NCBI GenBank assembly: GCA_963664825.1
Contig: OY761614.1
Coordinates: forward strand, 768,001 to 832,000
Length of the DNA stretch: 64,000 nt
Direction of reading: 5' to 3'
DNA from: an uncultured Holophaga sp.
Lineage (GTDB): Bacteria > Acidobacteriota > Holophagae > Holophagales > Holophagaceae
The position numbers were made by a program, and so were the translations under genes. Positions 38,998 through 49,259 of the stretch are shown here, piece by piece. Below the pieces are notes generated by a model. The model saw only the letters and a list, made by a program, of their open reading frames with translations. It was not told the origin of the DNA and did not search any database. Position 1 is the stretch's first letter. Every line of letters begins with the position of its first letter.

Positions 38998-40218
38998 CTA
39001 CTTGGCGGCCTCCTTCTTGGGTTCAGGCTTCTTCTCCACTCGCAGGGCCTCGCCCCCCTTCAGGTCCCGCAGGGTGCGGAAGGGCCCCGTGACCACGCGC
39101 TCGCCGCCCTTCAGGCCCTCCAGGACCTCCACGTTCAGCTCCCCCAGCAGGCCCGTCTTCACGGGGACGAACTTGGCCTTGCCGCCCTCCAGGACGTAGA
39201 CGCCCTCCTCTTCCTTGGGGGCGCCGGGCTTGGGTTGTTCGCCTTCCTTAGCCTTGATCTCCTTCATCACCAGGGCCTGGATGGGCACGGCCACGGCGTT
39301 CTCCCGGCTGCCCGTGCTGATCTCGGCCTGGGCGCTGAGGCCGGGCTTGATAGTCGGAGGCGGGTTCTTCATCTGCACCTTGACCTTGAATTTGATGGCC
39401 TCGTTCAGATTGGTGCGCAGGATGGGACTCCCGCCCACTTCGGTCACCATCGCCTCGAAATTCTGGTTGGGGTAGGCGTCGATGCGCACCACGGCGCTCT
39501 GGCCCAGCTTCACGCTGGGGATGGAGGCCTCGTCCACTTCCAGTTCCGCCTCCACCCGACTCATATCCGAGATGGTGAGCAGCACGGTGCCCGCCTGGTT
39601 CTGGACCCCGATCACTGCCGTCTCCCCCAATTCGATGCGCCGGGCCGTCACGACCCCATCCATGGGAGACGTGATGGTGGAGTACCGGAGATTCACCGAG
39701 GCTCCGCGCAGATCGGCCTGGGCCTGCTCCACCCTGCGGCGGGCGGCGGCGGCCGTGTGGGTGGCGGTGGTGAGCGCGGTGCGCAGCTGTTCGAAATCGG
39801 CCTGGGCGATGATGCCGGCCCTGCGGTTGGCCTCGGCCCGGGTGAAATCGGCCTTGGCCTGAGAGAAGCGCGCCTCGGCGCTCCGCATATCGGTGCGAGC
39901 GGCCTCCGCGTTGGCCTGGAGACTCTCGGCGCTGGCCTTGGAACGGCTGGGATCGATCTCCATGAGGAACTGGCCCTTCTTGACCACGTCCCCCTCCTTG
40001 ACGGCCAGGCGGGTCACCTGGCCCATGATATTGGCGGAGATATCGACCTTGGCCACGGCCTGGATCTTGCCGTTGGCGCTCACTTTGGCCGTGATGGTCT
40101 CCCGGGCCGCGGCCGTCACCTGCACGGGCTGGCCGTTATCCCCTCGAGTGGCGGCCACGCCGATGATCACCAGCAGCAGCGCCCCGCCCCCCAGCCACCA
40201 GATCTTCTTCCGCTTCAT
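38998..40218 (-). CDS. MacA-like membrane fusion (periplasmic adaptor) protein
   Basis: Start MKRKK with [44 protein letters not shown]. Confidence 0.9.
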   Translation of the reverse strand: MKRKKIWWLGGGALLLVIIGVAATRGDNGQPVQVTAAARETITAKVSANGKIQAVAKVDISANIMGQVTRLAVKEGDVVKKGQFLMEIDPSRSKASAESLQANAEAARTDMRSAEARFSQAKADFTRAEANRRAGIIAQADFEQLRTALTTATHTAAAARRRVEQAQADLRGASVNLRYSTITSPMDGVVTARRIELGETAVIGVQNQAGTVLLTISDMSRVEAELEVDEASIPSVKLGQSAVVRIDAYPNQNFEAMVTEVGGSPILRTNLNEAIKFKVKVQMKNPPPTIKPGLSAQAEISTGSRENAVAVPIQALVMKEIKAKEGEQPKPGAPKEEEGVYVLEGGKAKFVPVKTGLLGELNVEVLEGLKGGERVVTGPFRTLRDLKGGEALRVEKKPEPKKEAAK

Positions 40219-40324
40219 GTCAAAGCCTCCGGCCAAAGGGTCGTCCATTTGGGATGGAGACGCGGCACAGCGGGTTCTGGTTTAGCGCCGACAGGATTTC
40301 AGGGGACCTCCCAGAGAAGGTTAT

Positions 40325-40339
40325 TGAAAATAGTTTTCA
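40325..40339. promoter_or_regulatory. Fur-family (Fur/Zur) 7-1-7 box upstream of the TonB receptor
   Basis: TGAAAAT-A-GTTTTCA, one mismatch from a perfect inverted repeat, AT-rich island ~30 bp before the ATG. Confidence 0.65.
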
Positions 40340-40368
40340 TTTAGATCAAACTTTCGTCTGAGGTTTCT

Positions 40369-42759
40369 ATGCGCCGACTCTACCTTCCCACCCTTACCCT
40401 TCTGGCCCTCTCGCTCAGCTCATCTCCGGTCCAGGCCGCCACCGGCAGCGCCGGCCTAACGGGACGCCTCCTGGACGACCACGGGAAACCCGTGGCCCAG
40501 GCCAGGCTCGTGCTCGTCAACAAGGTCTCCGGATACCGCCAGAGCCTCCAATCCGACGCCCAGGGCCGCTTCACCTTCACCAACGTGCCCTTCAACGACT
40601 ACCACCTGGAGGTCTTCGCCCGGGACCTGGAAACGGTGCACCGGACCGTGGAACTGAGGAGCACACTGCCTCTGGAGCTCACGATACCCATGAAGGCCCA
40701 GGGCGCCACGATCACGGTGGAGGAAACCCTCTCCATCGTGGAGGACCACCCCTCCGTCCATCTCGATATCGACAAGAGCACCATCGAGACGATCCCCACG
40801 GCCGTGCAGAGCCGCGCCATGGAATCCATCCTGCTGGCCACGCCGGGTTTCACCCAGAACGCCGATGGGCGCTTTCATTTCCGGGGCAGCCACGGTCAGG
40901 TCATGTACGTGGTGGACGGCATCCCCGTCACCGACCAGATGCAGGCCACCTTCTCTAATAGCATGGACCCCTCCCAGGTGGAGAGCATGGAGGTGATCAC
41001 CGGCGGCATTTCCGCGGAATACGGCGGCAAGCCCGTGGCGGTCATCAATATGACCACCAAGTCCGGACTGGGCACCCCGGGCGGCTTCGAGGGCGATGTA
41101 TCCCTGGGAGCCGCGCGCTTCAATACCCATGAGGCGGGCCTGAGCGTCCGGGGCGGCGGGGATCGCTTCGGGTATTTCGTCACCGGGGCCGTCAGTGAGA
41201 GCGACCGCTTCCTGGATGCCCTCGACTTCAATGGCCAGAACAACAACGGCCACACCGGCAGGCTCTTCACGCGCTTCGACTGGATGATCGGCGACCAGGA
41301 CACCCTGCGGGCCTCCATCTCCGGCGGCGACACCCACCGCCGCGTGCTGAACCTGGCCAGTCAGCAGGTCAATGGCCAGGACCAGCGGGTCAGCACGTCC
41401 GATATCAACCTGAACGTGGCCTGGACCCACCTCTTCAATGCCCAGCAGAGTCTCGATGCCGCCCTCTTCTACCGGCGTTCGGAAGCCCAGCTCGACCCCA
41501 CCCAGGATCTGGCCCCCGGCTTCCAGACGGGAGGCCCCGATTCCCCCTACTGGGCCAAGCAGAACCGCAACCTGGAGAACCAGGGCTTCCAGGCCACCTA
41601 CACCCAGCGCTTCGGGGGGGAGAGCACCCTCAAGGCCGGGATCCAGTACGTGGCCTATCCCATCCAGGAGGATTTCCGCTTCGCCGTCACCCAGGACGGC
41701 CTCTTCCAGGCAGACAGCCCGCTCTATCCCTACACGCCTGCAGGAGGAGGCGCCATCTGGCACTTCCAGGACCACATCCGGCCCCAACTGGCCTCGGCCT
41801 TCGTGCAGAACGATCTCCACCTGGGCGACTGGTTCCTGGCCCTGGGCCTGCGCTACGACTCCTACACCGTCAAGGACATCTCCCAGGGCCAGTTCCAGCC
41901 CCGCCTCGGGGTCTCGTACCGGATCCCCTCCACCCGCACCATCTTCAGGGCCTCGTACGACCGCCTGCTCGTCACCCGGGAGAACGAGAACCTGGCCCTC
42001 TCCCTCTCCCAACAGGCCTGGGATCTGGGGCCCTATGCCGGCACTCCCGTACCCTCCCTGAAGCCCGAGCTCCAGGACAGCCTCAACGTCGGCATCGAAC
42101 AGCAGATCGGGAATTCCTTCCGCCTCATGGCCGACTACTGGGAGAAGCGCAGCCTCAACGCCGCCGATTCCAGCCCCTTCCTGAATACCGATGTGGTATT
42201 CCCCGTGGGGATGAACCGGGGCCGCTTCCATGGCTGGGATCTGCGCCTGGACGTGGTGCCCGTGATGGGTTTCTCCGGATACTTGAGCCTGGGGAAGACC
42301 CGGGCCCGGGTGCAGGCTCCCGTGGTGGGCGGCCTTCAGATGGACGCTCCGGAAGCCGCTCCCGGGGAATGGTTCCTCATCGATCACGATCAGAAGCTGA
42401 GCGCCCAGCTCGGCACACGCTTCGAGCAGAAGGGCTTCCATCTCCAGGTCATCGGCCGCTACGACTCGGGGCTGGTGAGCGGAGACCCCGCCGACGAGGC
42501 CGGCAACAAGGATTACGCCTTCGGCCTGCCCTACATCACCCAGGACAGCGAGGGCACCTGGCGCGCGAAATCCCGCACCGTCTGGAACCTCAGCCTGGGC
42601 CAGGAGATCAAGCTCAGAGGGAAGCAGAGCCTCATGCTGGGGGCCGATCTGCTCAATGCCTTCGACAAGAAGGCCCTCTACACCTATCTGAGCGGCTGTG
42701 GCGGCACCCACGTCATCCCGCCCCGCACCTGGGCCCTGCGGGTGAAGTATGCCTTCTGA
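40369..42759 (+). CDS. TonB-dependent receptor with carboxypeptidase-regulatory-like N-domain
   Basis: Signal peptide; LTGRLLD..GKPV..A, plug (HFRGSHGQVMYVVDGIPV, VITGGISAEYG), LGLRYD, QPRLG, C-terminal YAF. Confidence 0.88.
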   Translation: MRRLYLPTLTLLALSLSSSPVQAATGSAGLTGRLLDDHGKPVAQARLVLVNKVSGYRQSLQSDAQGRFTFTNVPFNDYHLEVFARDLETVHRTVELRSTLPLELTIPMKAQGATITVEETLSIVEDHPSVHLDIDKSTIETIPTAVQSRAMESILLATPGFTQNADGRFHFRGSHGQVMYVVDGIPVTDQMQATFSNSMDPSQVESMEVITGGISAEYGGKPVAVINMTTKSGLGTPGGFEGDVSLGAARFNTHEAGLSVRGGGDRFGYFVTGAVSESDRFLDALDFNGQNNNGHTGRLFTRFDWMIGDQDTLRASISGGDTHRRVLNLASQQVNGQDQRVSTSDINLNVAWTHLFNAQQSLDAALFYRRSEAQLDPTQDLAPGFQTGGPDSPYWAKQNRNLENQGFQATYTQRFGGESTLKAGIQYVAYPIQEDFRFAVTQDGLFQADSPLYPYTPAGGGAIWHFQDHIRPQLASAFVQNDLHLGDWFLALGLRYDSYTVKDISQGQFQPRLGVSYRIPSTRTIFRASYDRLLVTRENENLALSLSQQAWDLGPYAGTPVPSLKPELQDSLNVGIEQQIGNSFRLMADYWEKRSLNAADSSPFLNTDVVFPVGMNRGRFHGWDLRLDVVPVMGFSGYLSLGKTRARVQAPVVGGLQMDAPEAAPGEWFLIDHDQKLSAQLGTRFEQKGFHLQVIGRYDSGLVSGDPADEAGNKDYAFGLPYITQDSEGTWRAKSRTVWNLSLGQEIKLRGKQSLMLGADLLNAFDKKALYTYLSGCGGTHVIPPRTWALRVKYAF

Positions 42760-42760
42760 G

Positions 42761-43516
42761 ATGGGCCATTCCATCTGGATGGCCGCCCTGGGAGCCAGCC
42801 TGGTCACGGGCCTGGGAGGCGTGCTTCTAGCAGCCCTGGCCCTGACCCTCTCGGATCGCCTCCTGAAGGCCGTACTGCCGCTGGCCGTGAGCTTCGCCAC
42901 CGGCAGCCTGCTGGCGGCGGCCTTCCTGGATATGCTGCCCGAGGTGTCCCTGGCCCTTCCGGGCCAGCGAGGTTTCCTGGCGGTGCTCGCTGGGATCCTC
43001 CTCCTGCACATCCTGGAGCGCCTCCTGCTGTGGCGGCACTGCCACGAATCTCACTGCGGCCTGCATCCCAGCACGCGCCCCATCGTCTTGTTGGGGGATG
43101 GCCTCCACAACTTCGTGGATGGCCTAGCCATCGCGGCGGCCTTTTCGGTGTCCTGGGCCACGGGCCTGGGCATCACGCTGGCGATCCTGGCCCACGAGAT
43201 CCCCCAGGAGCTGGGGGACTTCGCGGTCCTGCTTCAATCCGGCATGAGCCGGGGCAACGCCCTCCGATGGAATGCCGCCATCAGCCTCACGTCGGTGCTA
43301 GGCACCCTGCTGGGCCTGGCCGCCCTGGGCTGGGGCAGTCATCTCCAGCCCTATGCCTTGGCCCTGGGCGCCGCCAGCTTCCTCTACATCGCCCTGGGGG
43401 ATCTCCTGCCCGCCCACCGCGTCCCGGGCACCCTGCGCACCTTCGCCAGCCGCCTCGCCTGCATGGGAGCCGGTGTGGCCTTCATCGCCTGGACCGTCGC
43501 CTGTCATCACGGCTGA
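42761..43516 (+). CDS. ZIP-family divalent metal transporter
   Basis: SFATGSLLAAAFLDMLPE, His-rich loop HCHESHCGLH, DGLHNFVDGLAI, HEIPQELGDF. Confidence 0.92.
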   Translation: MGHSIWMAALGASLVTGLGGVLLAALALTLSDRLLKAVLPLAVSFATGSLLAAAFLDMLPEVSLALPGQRGFLAVLAGILLLHILERLLLWRHCHESHCGLHPSTRPIVLLGDGLHNFVDGLAIAAAFSVSWATGLGITLAILAHEIPQELGDFAVLLQSGMSRGNALRWNAAISLTSVLGTLLGLAALGWGSHLQPYALALGAASFLYIALGDLLPAHRVPGTLRTFASRLACMGAGVAFIAWTVACHHG

Positions 43517-43628
43517 GACGCATCTCCCTCCAAATTCAGGACCCGCCGGATCCAGAGGCTGGAACGCAGGAGCCCCGAGAGGACTCCAAGGGTTAGGGGA
43601 TGCCAAGGGTTCCCCCCAGGAGGTCATC

Positions 43629-44123
43629 ATGATCAGTCCGAAGATGCAGGACGCCCTCAACGCCCAGATCAATGCCGAACAGTATTCGGCCCAACTCTAC
43701 TTGGCCATGAGCGCTCATTGCGATGCCAAGAGCTTCAAGGGGTTCGGGTCCTGGCTGCGGGTCCAGGCCTCCGAGGAGACGCTCCACGCCGCCAAGCTCA
43801 TTGATTTCCTGCTGGATCGCGGCGGCAGGCTGGAACTCAAGCCCATCCCGGCTCCCCCCATGGAGTTCGGCGGCGTGATCCAGGTCTTCGAACAGACCCT
43901 GGCCCACGAGAAGGGCATCACCACCAAGATCAACGCGCTCTTCGAGCTGGCCAGGAACGAGAAGGACTTCGCCAGCGAGATCACCCTCCAGTGGTACGTG
44001 AGTGAGCAGGTGGAAGAGGAATCCAATGTGGGCCAGGTCCTGGAGCACCTCCGGGCCGTGGGCGACCAGGGCGGCGGCATCTGGTACCTGGACGGCAAGA
44101 TGGGCAAGCGGGGCAAGGCCTAA
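43629..44123 (+). CDS. ftnA: Non-heme ferritin
   Basis: AGGAGG RBS; ALNAQINAEQYSAQLYLAMS, EETLHA, HEKGIT, LQWYVSEQVEEE ferroxidase ligands. Confidence 0.9.
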   Translation: MISPKMQDALNAQINAEQYSAQLYLAMSAHCDAKSFKGFGSWLRVQASEETLHAAKLIDFLLDRGGRLELKPIPAPPMEFGGVIQVFEQTLAHEKGITTKINALFELARNEKDFASEITLQWYVSEQVEEESNVGQVLEHLRAVGDQGGGIWYLDGKMGKRGKA

Positions 44124-44129
44124 GCCTCT

Positions 44130-44176
44130 ATCCAAAACAGGGCGGGGCCGCGTTGCGGCCCCGCCCTGTTTTGGAT
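44130..44176. terminator. Bidirectional terminator between ferritin and the convergent gene
   Basis: atccaaaacagggcggggccgc-gtt-gcggccccgccctgttttggat, 22-bp perfect stem. Confidence 0.85.
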
Positions 44177-44184
44177 GAAGAAAA

Positions 44185-45027
44185 CTATTTCTTCGGCCTC
44201 CACATCGCGCCCTCGAAGCTCAGGTAGAGGAAGATGGCCCGCTCCCCCTTGCTGGGACCGACGCCGATGGGCACGGAGATGCCGGGGACGATCTGGAGGC
44301 CATTCCTGAAGTTGAGGGCAAAGCGCAGGCCCGGATTGATGTAGAAGCTGTTCACCCGCGCCTTGAGGCCCGGACCGGCCACCACTTCGCCGCTATTGAA
44401 GGCGAATTCCAGCATGGCATTGGCATTGGGATGGGCCAGCCAGACGAAACTTTGGCCGATGTTCCAGGCGCTGAGATCGGCCTTCTCCCCTGCGGCATTC
44501 TTGGCCCCGGGCGTGTAGGTGGCGCCCAAGTTCCAGTGGGTCACGAAGGTCTTCGACAGCGCCACGCTGATGGGCAGATTGACCTGGTAGCCCAGGGCCC
44601 CGTTGCCCCTCAGCTGTTTCTCGTCTCCCGTGGGCAGGATCAGCGAAAAGCGGGGGGCCACGGCGATGGCTGCGTCCCCGTTCCCCAGCAGCTGGTAGCG
44701 GTAGTTGAGCACCACATCCCCGAGAGCCCGCTTGCCGTCCAGGGAGGCCTCCATGCGCTGGTAGGGCAGGGTGAAGCTGAGCTGGTGGGTCTCATCAGGC
44801 ACGGGCCATTCCTGGGTGAAGGTGTAGATCCAGTCCTTGCTCTGGCGGTACCGGGTGAAGGCGCTGATGTGCTGGACCACGCCCGGTTCCTGGTTGTAGG
44901 CCTCCTCCAGCAGGAAGGAGTTGTCCTGGATCGCCTTTGCTTCGGTTTGAGGGGCCTCCTGGGCCCCCAGGGCCAGGCAACCCACGAGGCAGGCTGGGGT
45001 GAGGAAGTGAAAGGAGAAAGGCGTCAT
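44185..45027 (-). CDS. Putative outer-membrane beta-barrel transporter (MetA-pathway/'transporter'-like)
   Basis: Signal peptide; IQDNSFLLEEAYNQEPGVVQH, LGDVVLNYRYQL, LILPTGD, alternating beta-strand pattern. Confidence 0.65.
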   Translation of the reverse strand: MTPFSFHFLTPACLVGCLALGAQEAPQTEAKAIQDNSFLLEEAYNQEPGVVQHISAFTRYRQSKDWIYTFTQEWPVPDETHQLSFTLPYQRMEASLDGKRALGDVVLNYRYQLLGNGDAAIAVAPRFSLILPTGDEKQLRGNGALGYQVNLPISVALSKTFVTHWNLGATYTPGAKNAAGEKADLSAWNIGQSFVWLAHPNANAMLEFAFNSGEVVAGPGLKARVNSFYINPGLRFALNFRNGLQIVPGISVPIGVGPSKGERAIFLYLSFEGAMWRPKK

Positions 45028-45061
45028 GGAATTTCCTATGTGAGAAGGTTGGCATTACTGA

Positions 45062-45076
45062 TGAGATTGAGTCTCA
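45062..45076. promoter_or_regulatory. Second Fur-family 7-1-7 box
   Basis: TGAGATT-G-AGTCTCA, one mismatch, ~35 bp upstream of the minus-strand barrel gene. Confidence 0.55.
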
Positions 45077-45219
45077 CTCGAAACGCATTTTTTCGCAAGC
45101 CCCCGAAGGGAGCCGCTCTGCTCATTCCATCGGCCTCCTGGCCCATGCTTCTAAGAAGCATCCCATTGGGCTAATCTGGAGGGAGGCATCGTAAATCGAT
45201 GCACCATGGAGTCGAACGC

Positions 45220-47109
45220 ATGCGCCTTCCGATCCGAGCCCTCGGCCTGAGTTCCATCGCCCTCCTGATCTCCGTCGCCGCCCGCGCCGACGAAGGCATG
45301 TGGACCTTCGACAACCTGCCCATGAAGCAGATGAAGGCGAAGTTCAACTTCGAGCCCAGCCAGGCGTGGCTGGACCATGTGCGCCTCTCCGCCCTGCGCA
45401 TGTCCGGGGGCAGCGCCTCCTTCGTCAGCGCCGACGGTCTCGTGCTCACCAACCACCATATGGGCCACGGCGCCATCCAGCAGGTCTCCGACAAGGACCA
45501 CGACTACGTGAAGAACGGCTTCGTGGCCAAGACCCGGGAGGAGGAGAAGAAGGTCCCGGGCCTGTCCATGTTCACCCTGATGGAGATGGAGAACGTCACC
45601 GCCCAGGTGGACAAGGCCGTGAAGCCCGAGATGGACGAGCAGCAGGCGGCCGCCGCCCGCAAAGAGGCCTTCGATAGGCTCGTGAAGGAGCAGACCGAAC
45701 ATACGAAGCTGGCATGCGAGCCCGTAAGCCTCTACCAGGGGGGCCAGCTCTGGATCTACCGCTACAAGAAGCACGAGGACGTGCGCCTGGTGATGGCCCC
45801 CGAATACGATGTGGCGGCCTTCGGCAAGGACTGGGACAACTTCACCTGGCCTCGCCATGATCTGGACTTCAGCCTCTTCCGCATCTACGAAAACGGCAAG
45901 CCGTACAAGCCCGCACACTTCCTCAAATTGGCCCAGCAGGGCGCCGCGTACGGCGACATGACCTTCACCGTGGGCCATCCCGGCCGCACCAGCCGCCTGA
46001 TGACCCTGGCCCAGATGGAGGCCGACCGGAATGCCTTCGGTCCCCTGCGCATCAAGACCCTGGATCGCGCCCGCAGGGGGCTTCATGCCTACGCCGCCCA
46101 GGGCGAGGAAGAAGCCCGCCAGGTCTCGGCCCAGATCATGGGCACGGAAAACGCTTACAAGGTGACCGTGGGTGACACTGCGGGGCTCCAGGACAAGGCC
46201 GCCATGGCCCGCGTCGCGGCCGCCGAGAAGGAACTGCGGGAGAAGGTGGCCGCCGATCCCACCGTCAAGGCCCTGGCCGGGGATAGCTGGACCAAGATCG
46301 AGGAGGCCCTGCAGGTCACCACCTCCCTGACCAAGGAGATGACCGCCATCGGCCAGCTGAGCCGGGCCGCTTCCACCCTCAAGCGCGCCGGGGACAAGCC
46401 CCTGCCCCCTTCGGCCCGCGTCTCCCTTCTGGTCTCCATCCAAGGCATCCGTGAGGATCTGGGCGCCGAGCATCCCCTGGTGAAGGCCCTCTTCCAGGAC
46501 AAGACCGACGAAGCCGTGCTGAACACCCTGAAGGGCGGCCTGCCTGAGGACTTCCAGAAGGCCGCCAAGGAGCTGACCCAGCGCCATCAGGCCGCCCAGG
46601 CGATCATCTCCGAACACCAGGTGCGCATCGCCAAGGCCCGTTTCGCGGTCTATGGCGCCTCCACCTACCCCGACGCCACGGGCACCCTGCGTCTCAGTTA
46701 TGGAACCATCGAGACCTACCCCATGGTGGGCACCCTGGCCCAGCCCTTCACCACCTTCGCCGGACTCTTCGACCGCGCCAGCGCCTGGGGTCCCAAGGCC
46801 GAGGAGGGCTCCTGGGCCCTGCCCTCCCGGTGGCTGCAGCGCCGGGACAAGCTGGACCTGACGACGCCCTACAACTACATCACCACCAATGACATCACCG
46901 GCGGCAACTCCGGCAGCCCCATCGTGGACCGCCAGGGCGAAGTCATCGGCCTGGCCTTCGATGGCAACATCGAGAGCCTGCCCGGCCGCTACTACTTCGA
47001 TGGCCGCGCCAACCGCACCCTCTCCGTGGATACCCGAGCCATCGTGGAAGCCCTCGGGAAGGTCTTCGACGCGCCCCACTTGGTGAAAGAGCTCAGGGGT
47101 CAGAAGTAG
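45220..47109 (+). CDS. S46 dipeptidyl peptidase, DPP7-like (Gly at S1 position)
   Basis: ADEGMW, SFVSADGLVLTNHH, YPDATGTLRLSYG, DITGGNSGSP, GLAFDGN. Confidence 0.92.
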   Translation: MRLPIRALGLSSIALLISVAARADEGMWTFDNLPMKQMKAKFNFEPSQAWLDHVRLSALRMSGGSASFVSADGLVLTNHHMGHGAIQQVSDKDHDYVKNGFVAKTREEEKKVPGLSMFTLMEMENVTAQVDKAVKPEMDEQQAAAARKEAFDRLVKEQTEHTKLACEPVSLYQGGQLWIYRYKKHEDVRLVMAPEYDVAAFGKDWDNFTWPRHDLDFSLFRIYENGKPYKPAHFLKLAQQGAAYGDMTFTVGHPGRTSRLMTLAQMEADRNAFGPLRIKTLDRARRGLHAYAAQGEEEARQVSAQIMGTENAYKVTVGDTAGLQDKAAMARVAAAEKELREKVAADPTVKALAGDSWTKIEEALQVTTSLTKEMTAIGQLSRAASTLKRAGDKPLPPSARVSLLVSIQGIREDLGAEHPLVKALFQDKTDEAVLNTLKGGLPEDFQKAAKELTQRHQAAQAIISEHQVRIAKARFAVYGASTYPDATGTLRLSYGTIETYPMVGTLAQPFTTFAGLFDRASAWGPKAEEGSWALPSRWLQRRDKLDLTTPYNYITTNDITGGNSGSPIVDRQGEVIGLAFDGNIESLPGRYYFDGRANRTLSVDTRAIVEALGKVFDAPHLVKELRGQK

Positions 47110-47126
47110 TTCCCAATTTAGGTAGG

Positions 47127-47161
47127 GAAGGCCGCGGAGAAGCCTCTTTTCCGCGGCCTTC
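47127..47161 (+). terminator. Hairpin between the first and second S46 genes
   Basis: gaaggccgcgga...tccgcggccttc inverted repeat. Confidence 0.5.
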
Positions 47162-47191
47162 GCGCTCTGCTCAAGGTTTCCCGGAGATCCC

Positions 47192-49246
47192 ATGCGCCGA
47201 TCCGCCCTCATGCTCCTGCTGGCCCTGCCCGTCCTCCGCGGCGAGGAGGGCATGTGGACCTTCGATAATCTGCCCTTGAAACAGTTCAAGGCCGCCTGCG
47301 GCTTCGAGCCCACCCGAGCCTGGCTCGACCATCTGCGGCTCTCCAGCCTGCGCTTCCCCGGCGGCAGCGGCTCCTTCGTGAGTTCCGAAGGCCTCGTGCT
47401 CACCAATCATCATGTGGCGAGAGGCTTCATCCAGCGCCTCTCCACCCGGGAGCGGGATCTCCTCAAGGAGGGCTTCGTGGCGGCCAACCGGGACCAGGAG
47501 CTGAAGGTGCCCGGCCTGGAGCTGATGCAGCTGGTGGATATGCAAGACATCACCCAACGCGTCGCCCAGGCGGTGGGGAAGACCGAAGCCGAGAAACTCC
47601 GCGCCCAGGCCCTGGAAGTGCAGAAGGCCCGGGAGGAACTGCACGGGAAGACCGGCCTCACCGTCGAACCCGTCACCCTCTACCAGGGTGGGGAGACCTG
47701 GCTCTACGTCTACCGCAAGTTCACGGATGTGCGCCTGGTGATGGCGCCGGAGCTCTCCGTGGCGCGCTTCGGGGGCGACTTCGACAACTTCACCTTCCCG
47801 AGGCACCACCTGGACTGCGCCCTGCTGCGCGTCTACGAGAAGGGCCAGCCCTTTCATCCCGCACACCATCTCCAGTGGACCCGGCAGAACCTGAAGCTGG
47901 GGGATCCGGTCTTCGTATCGGGCCACCCCGGCACCACCAGCCGCCTCTGGACCCTGGCCCAGATGCGCCACGCCCGGGACTTCGCGACCCCCTTGCAGAT
48001 CCATTCCATGGAGCGCCGCCGGGCCGTGCTGGAAGCCTTCGCCCATCGCAGCTTCGAGGCTCGGGCCCTGGTGGGCGGCCAGATCTACGGCATCGATAAC
48101 GGCCTGAAGGCCACCAGGGGCTATCTGGCGGGCCTCCGGGACCCTGAAGGCATGAAACAGGTGGAGGAGGCCGAAGCCAAGCTGAAGCAAGCCGTGATGG
48201 CCGATCCGCAGCTGAGGGCCGAGGCCGGTGGGAGCTGGCATAGCCTCGAACAGGCCCTCCAACGGGAGGAAGGCCTGTCTAAAGAAAACCTCCTGATCAA
48301 CGCCCGGGGTTCCGAGCTGTTGGCCGCCGCCCTCAGCCTGGTGCGCGTCCCGTTCGAGCGCGCCAAACCCGAAAAGGATCGCCTCCCCGAATTCTCCGAA
48401 GCGGGCCTGAAGGCCCTCCAGGAGCGCCTGAGCCGACCCCGGCCCATCCCCTTCAATCCGGAGCTGGAGATCCATCTCCTCACCGAGGGTCTCAAGGAGG
48501 CCCAGGAGGTGCTGGGTCCCCAGCATCCCTTCGTGAAGGCCATGCTGGGTGGCCTCCAACCCGAAGCCGCGGCCCGCCAGGCCGTACAAGGCAGTGGCCT
48601 CCAGGATCCCGCGGAAGTGAAGCGCCTCCTGGAGGGCGGCCCGGATCATGGCGACGCGATGCTCCGGCTGGCCCGCCTCCTGGATCCCTTCCAGCGGGAT
48701 CTGCGGAAGCGCAACGAAGAACAGGTGGAGGGCCCCATCCGTGAACACGCCGCCCGCCTGGCCCGGGCCCGCTTCCAGATCTACGGCAAGTCCGCCTACC
48801 CCGATGCCACCTTCACCCTGCGGCTTTCCTACGGAAGGGTGGATAGTTACCCCGCCAACGGCACCATGGTCCAGCCCTTCACCACCGTCGGCGGTCTCCT
48901 GGATCGCTTCGAGGGCTGGGGTGGCACGCGCTTCAACCTCGAGCGGGAGAGCTGGCGCCTGCCGGAACGCTGGCTGGCGCGGCGGGACAAGCTGGACCCG
49001 GCCACCCCTTACAACTTCGCCAGCACCGTCGACATCATCGGCGGCAATTCCGGAAGCCCCATGGTGGACCGTCAGGGCGAACTGGTGGGCCTGGTCTTCG
49101 ATGGCAATATCGAGAGCCTGCCCGGCCGCTACTACTACGACGGCCGCATCAACCGCACCGTCAGCGTGGACGCCCGGGCCATCCTGGAAGTGCTGACGAA
49201 GGTCTATGACGCCCCCCACCTCGTCCGGGAACTCACCGCCCGCTGA
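47192..49246 (+). CDS. S46 dipeptidyl peptidase, DPP7-like (Gly)
   Basis: EEGMW, SFVSSEGLVLTNHH, YPDATFTLRLSYG, DIIGGNSGSP, GLVFDGN. Confidence 0.92.
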   Translation: MRRSALMLLLALPVLRGEEGMWTFDNLPLKQFKAACGFEPTRAWLDHLRLSSLRFPGGSGSFVSSEGLVLTNHHVARGFIQRLSTRERDLLKEGFVAANRDQELKVPGLELMQLVDMQDITQRVAQAVGKTEAEKLRAQALEVQKAREELHGKTGLTVEPVTLYQGGETWLYVYRKFTDVRLVMAPELSVARFGGDFDNFTFPRHHLDCALLRVYEKGQPFHPAHHLQWTRQNLKLGDPVFVSGHPGTTSRLWTLAQMRHARDFATPLQIHSMERRRAVLEAFAHRSFEARALVGGQIYGIDNGLKATRGYLAGLRDPEGMKQVEEAEAKLKQAVMADPQLRAEAGGSWHSLEQALQREEGLSKENLLINARGSELLAAALSLVRVPFERAKPEKDRLPEFSEAGLKALQERLSRPRPIPFNPELEIHLLTEGLKEAQEVLGPQHPFVKAMLGGLQPEAAARQAVQGSGLQDPAEVKRLLEGGPDHGDAMLRLARLLDPFQRDLRKRNEEQVEGPIREHAARLARARFQIYGKSAYPDATFTLRLSYGRVDSYPANGTMVQPFTTVGGLLDRFEGWGGTRFNLERESWRLPERWLARRDKLDPATPYNFASTVDIIGGNSGSPMVDRQGELVGLVFDGNIESLPGRYYYDGRINRTVSVDARAILEVLTKVYDAPHLVRELTAR

Positions 49247-49259
49247 TCTTGGAGTCTCC

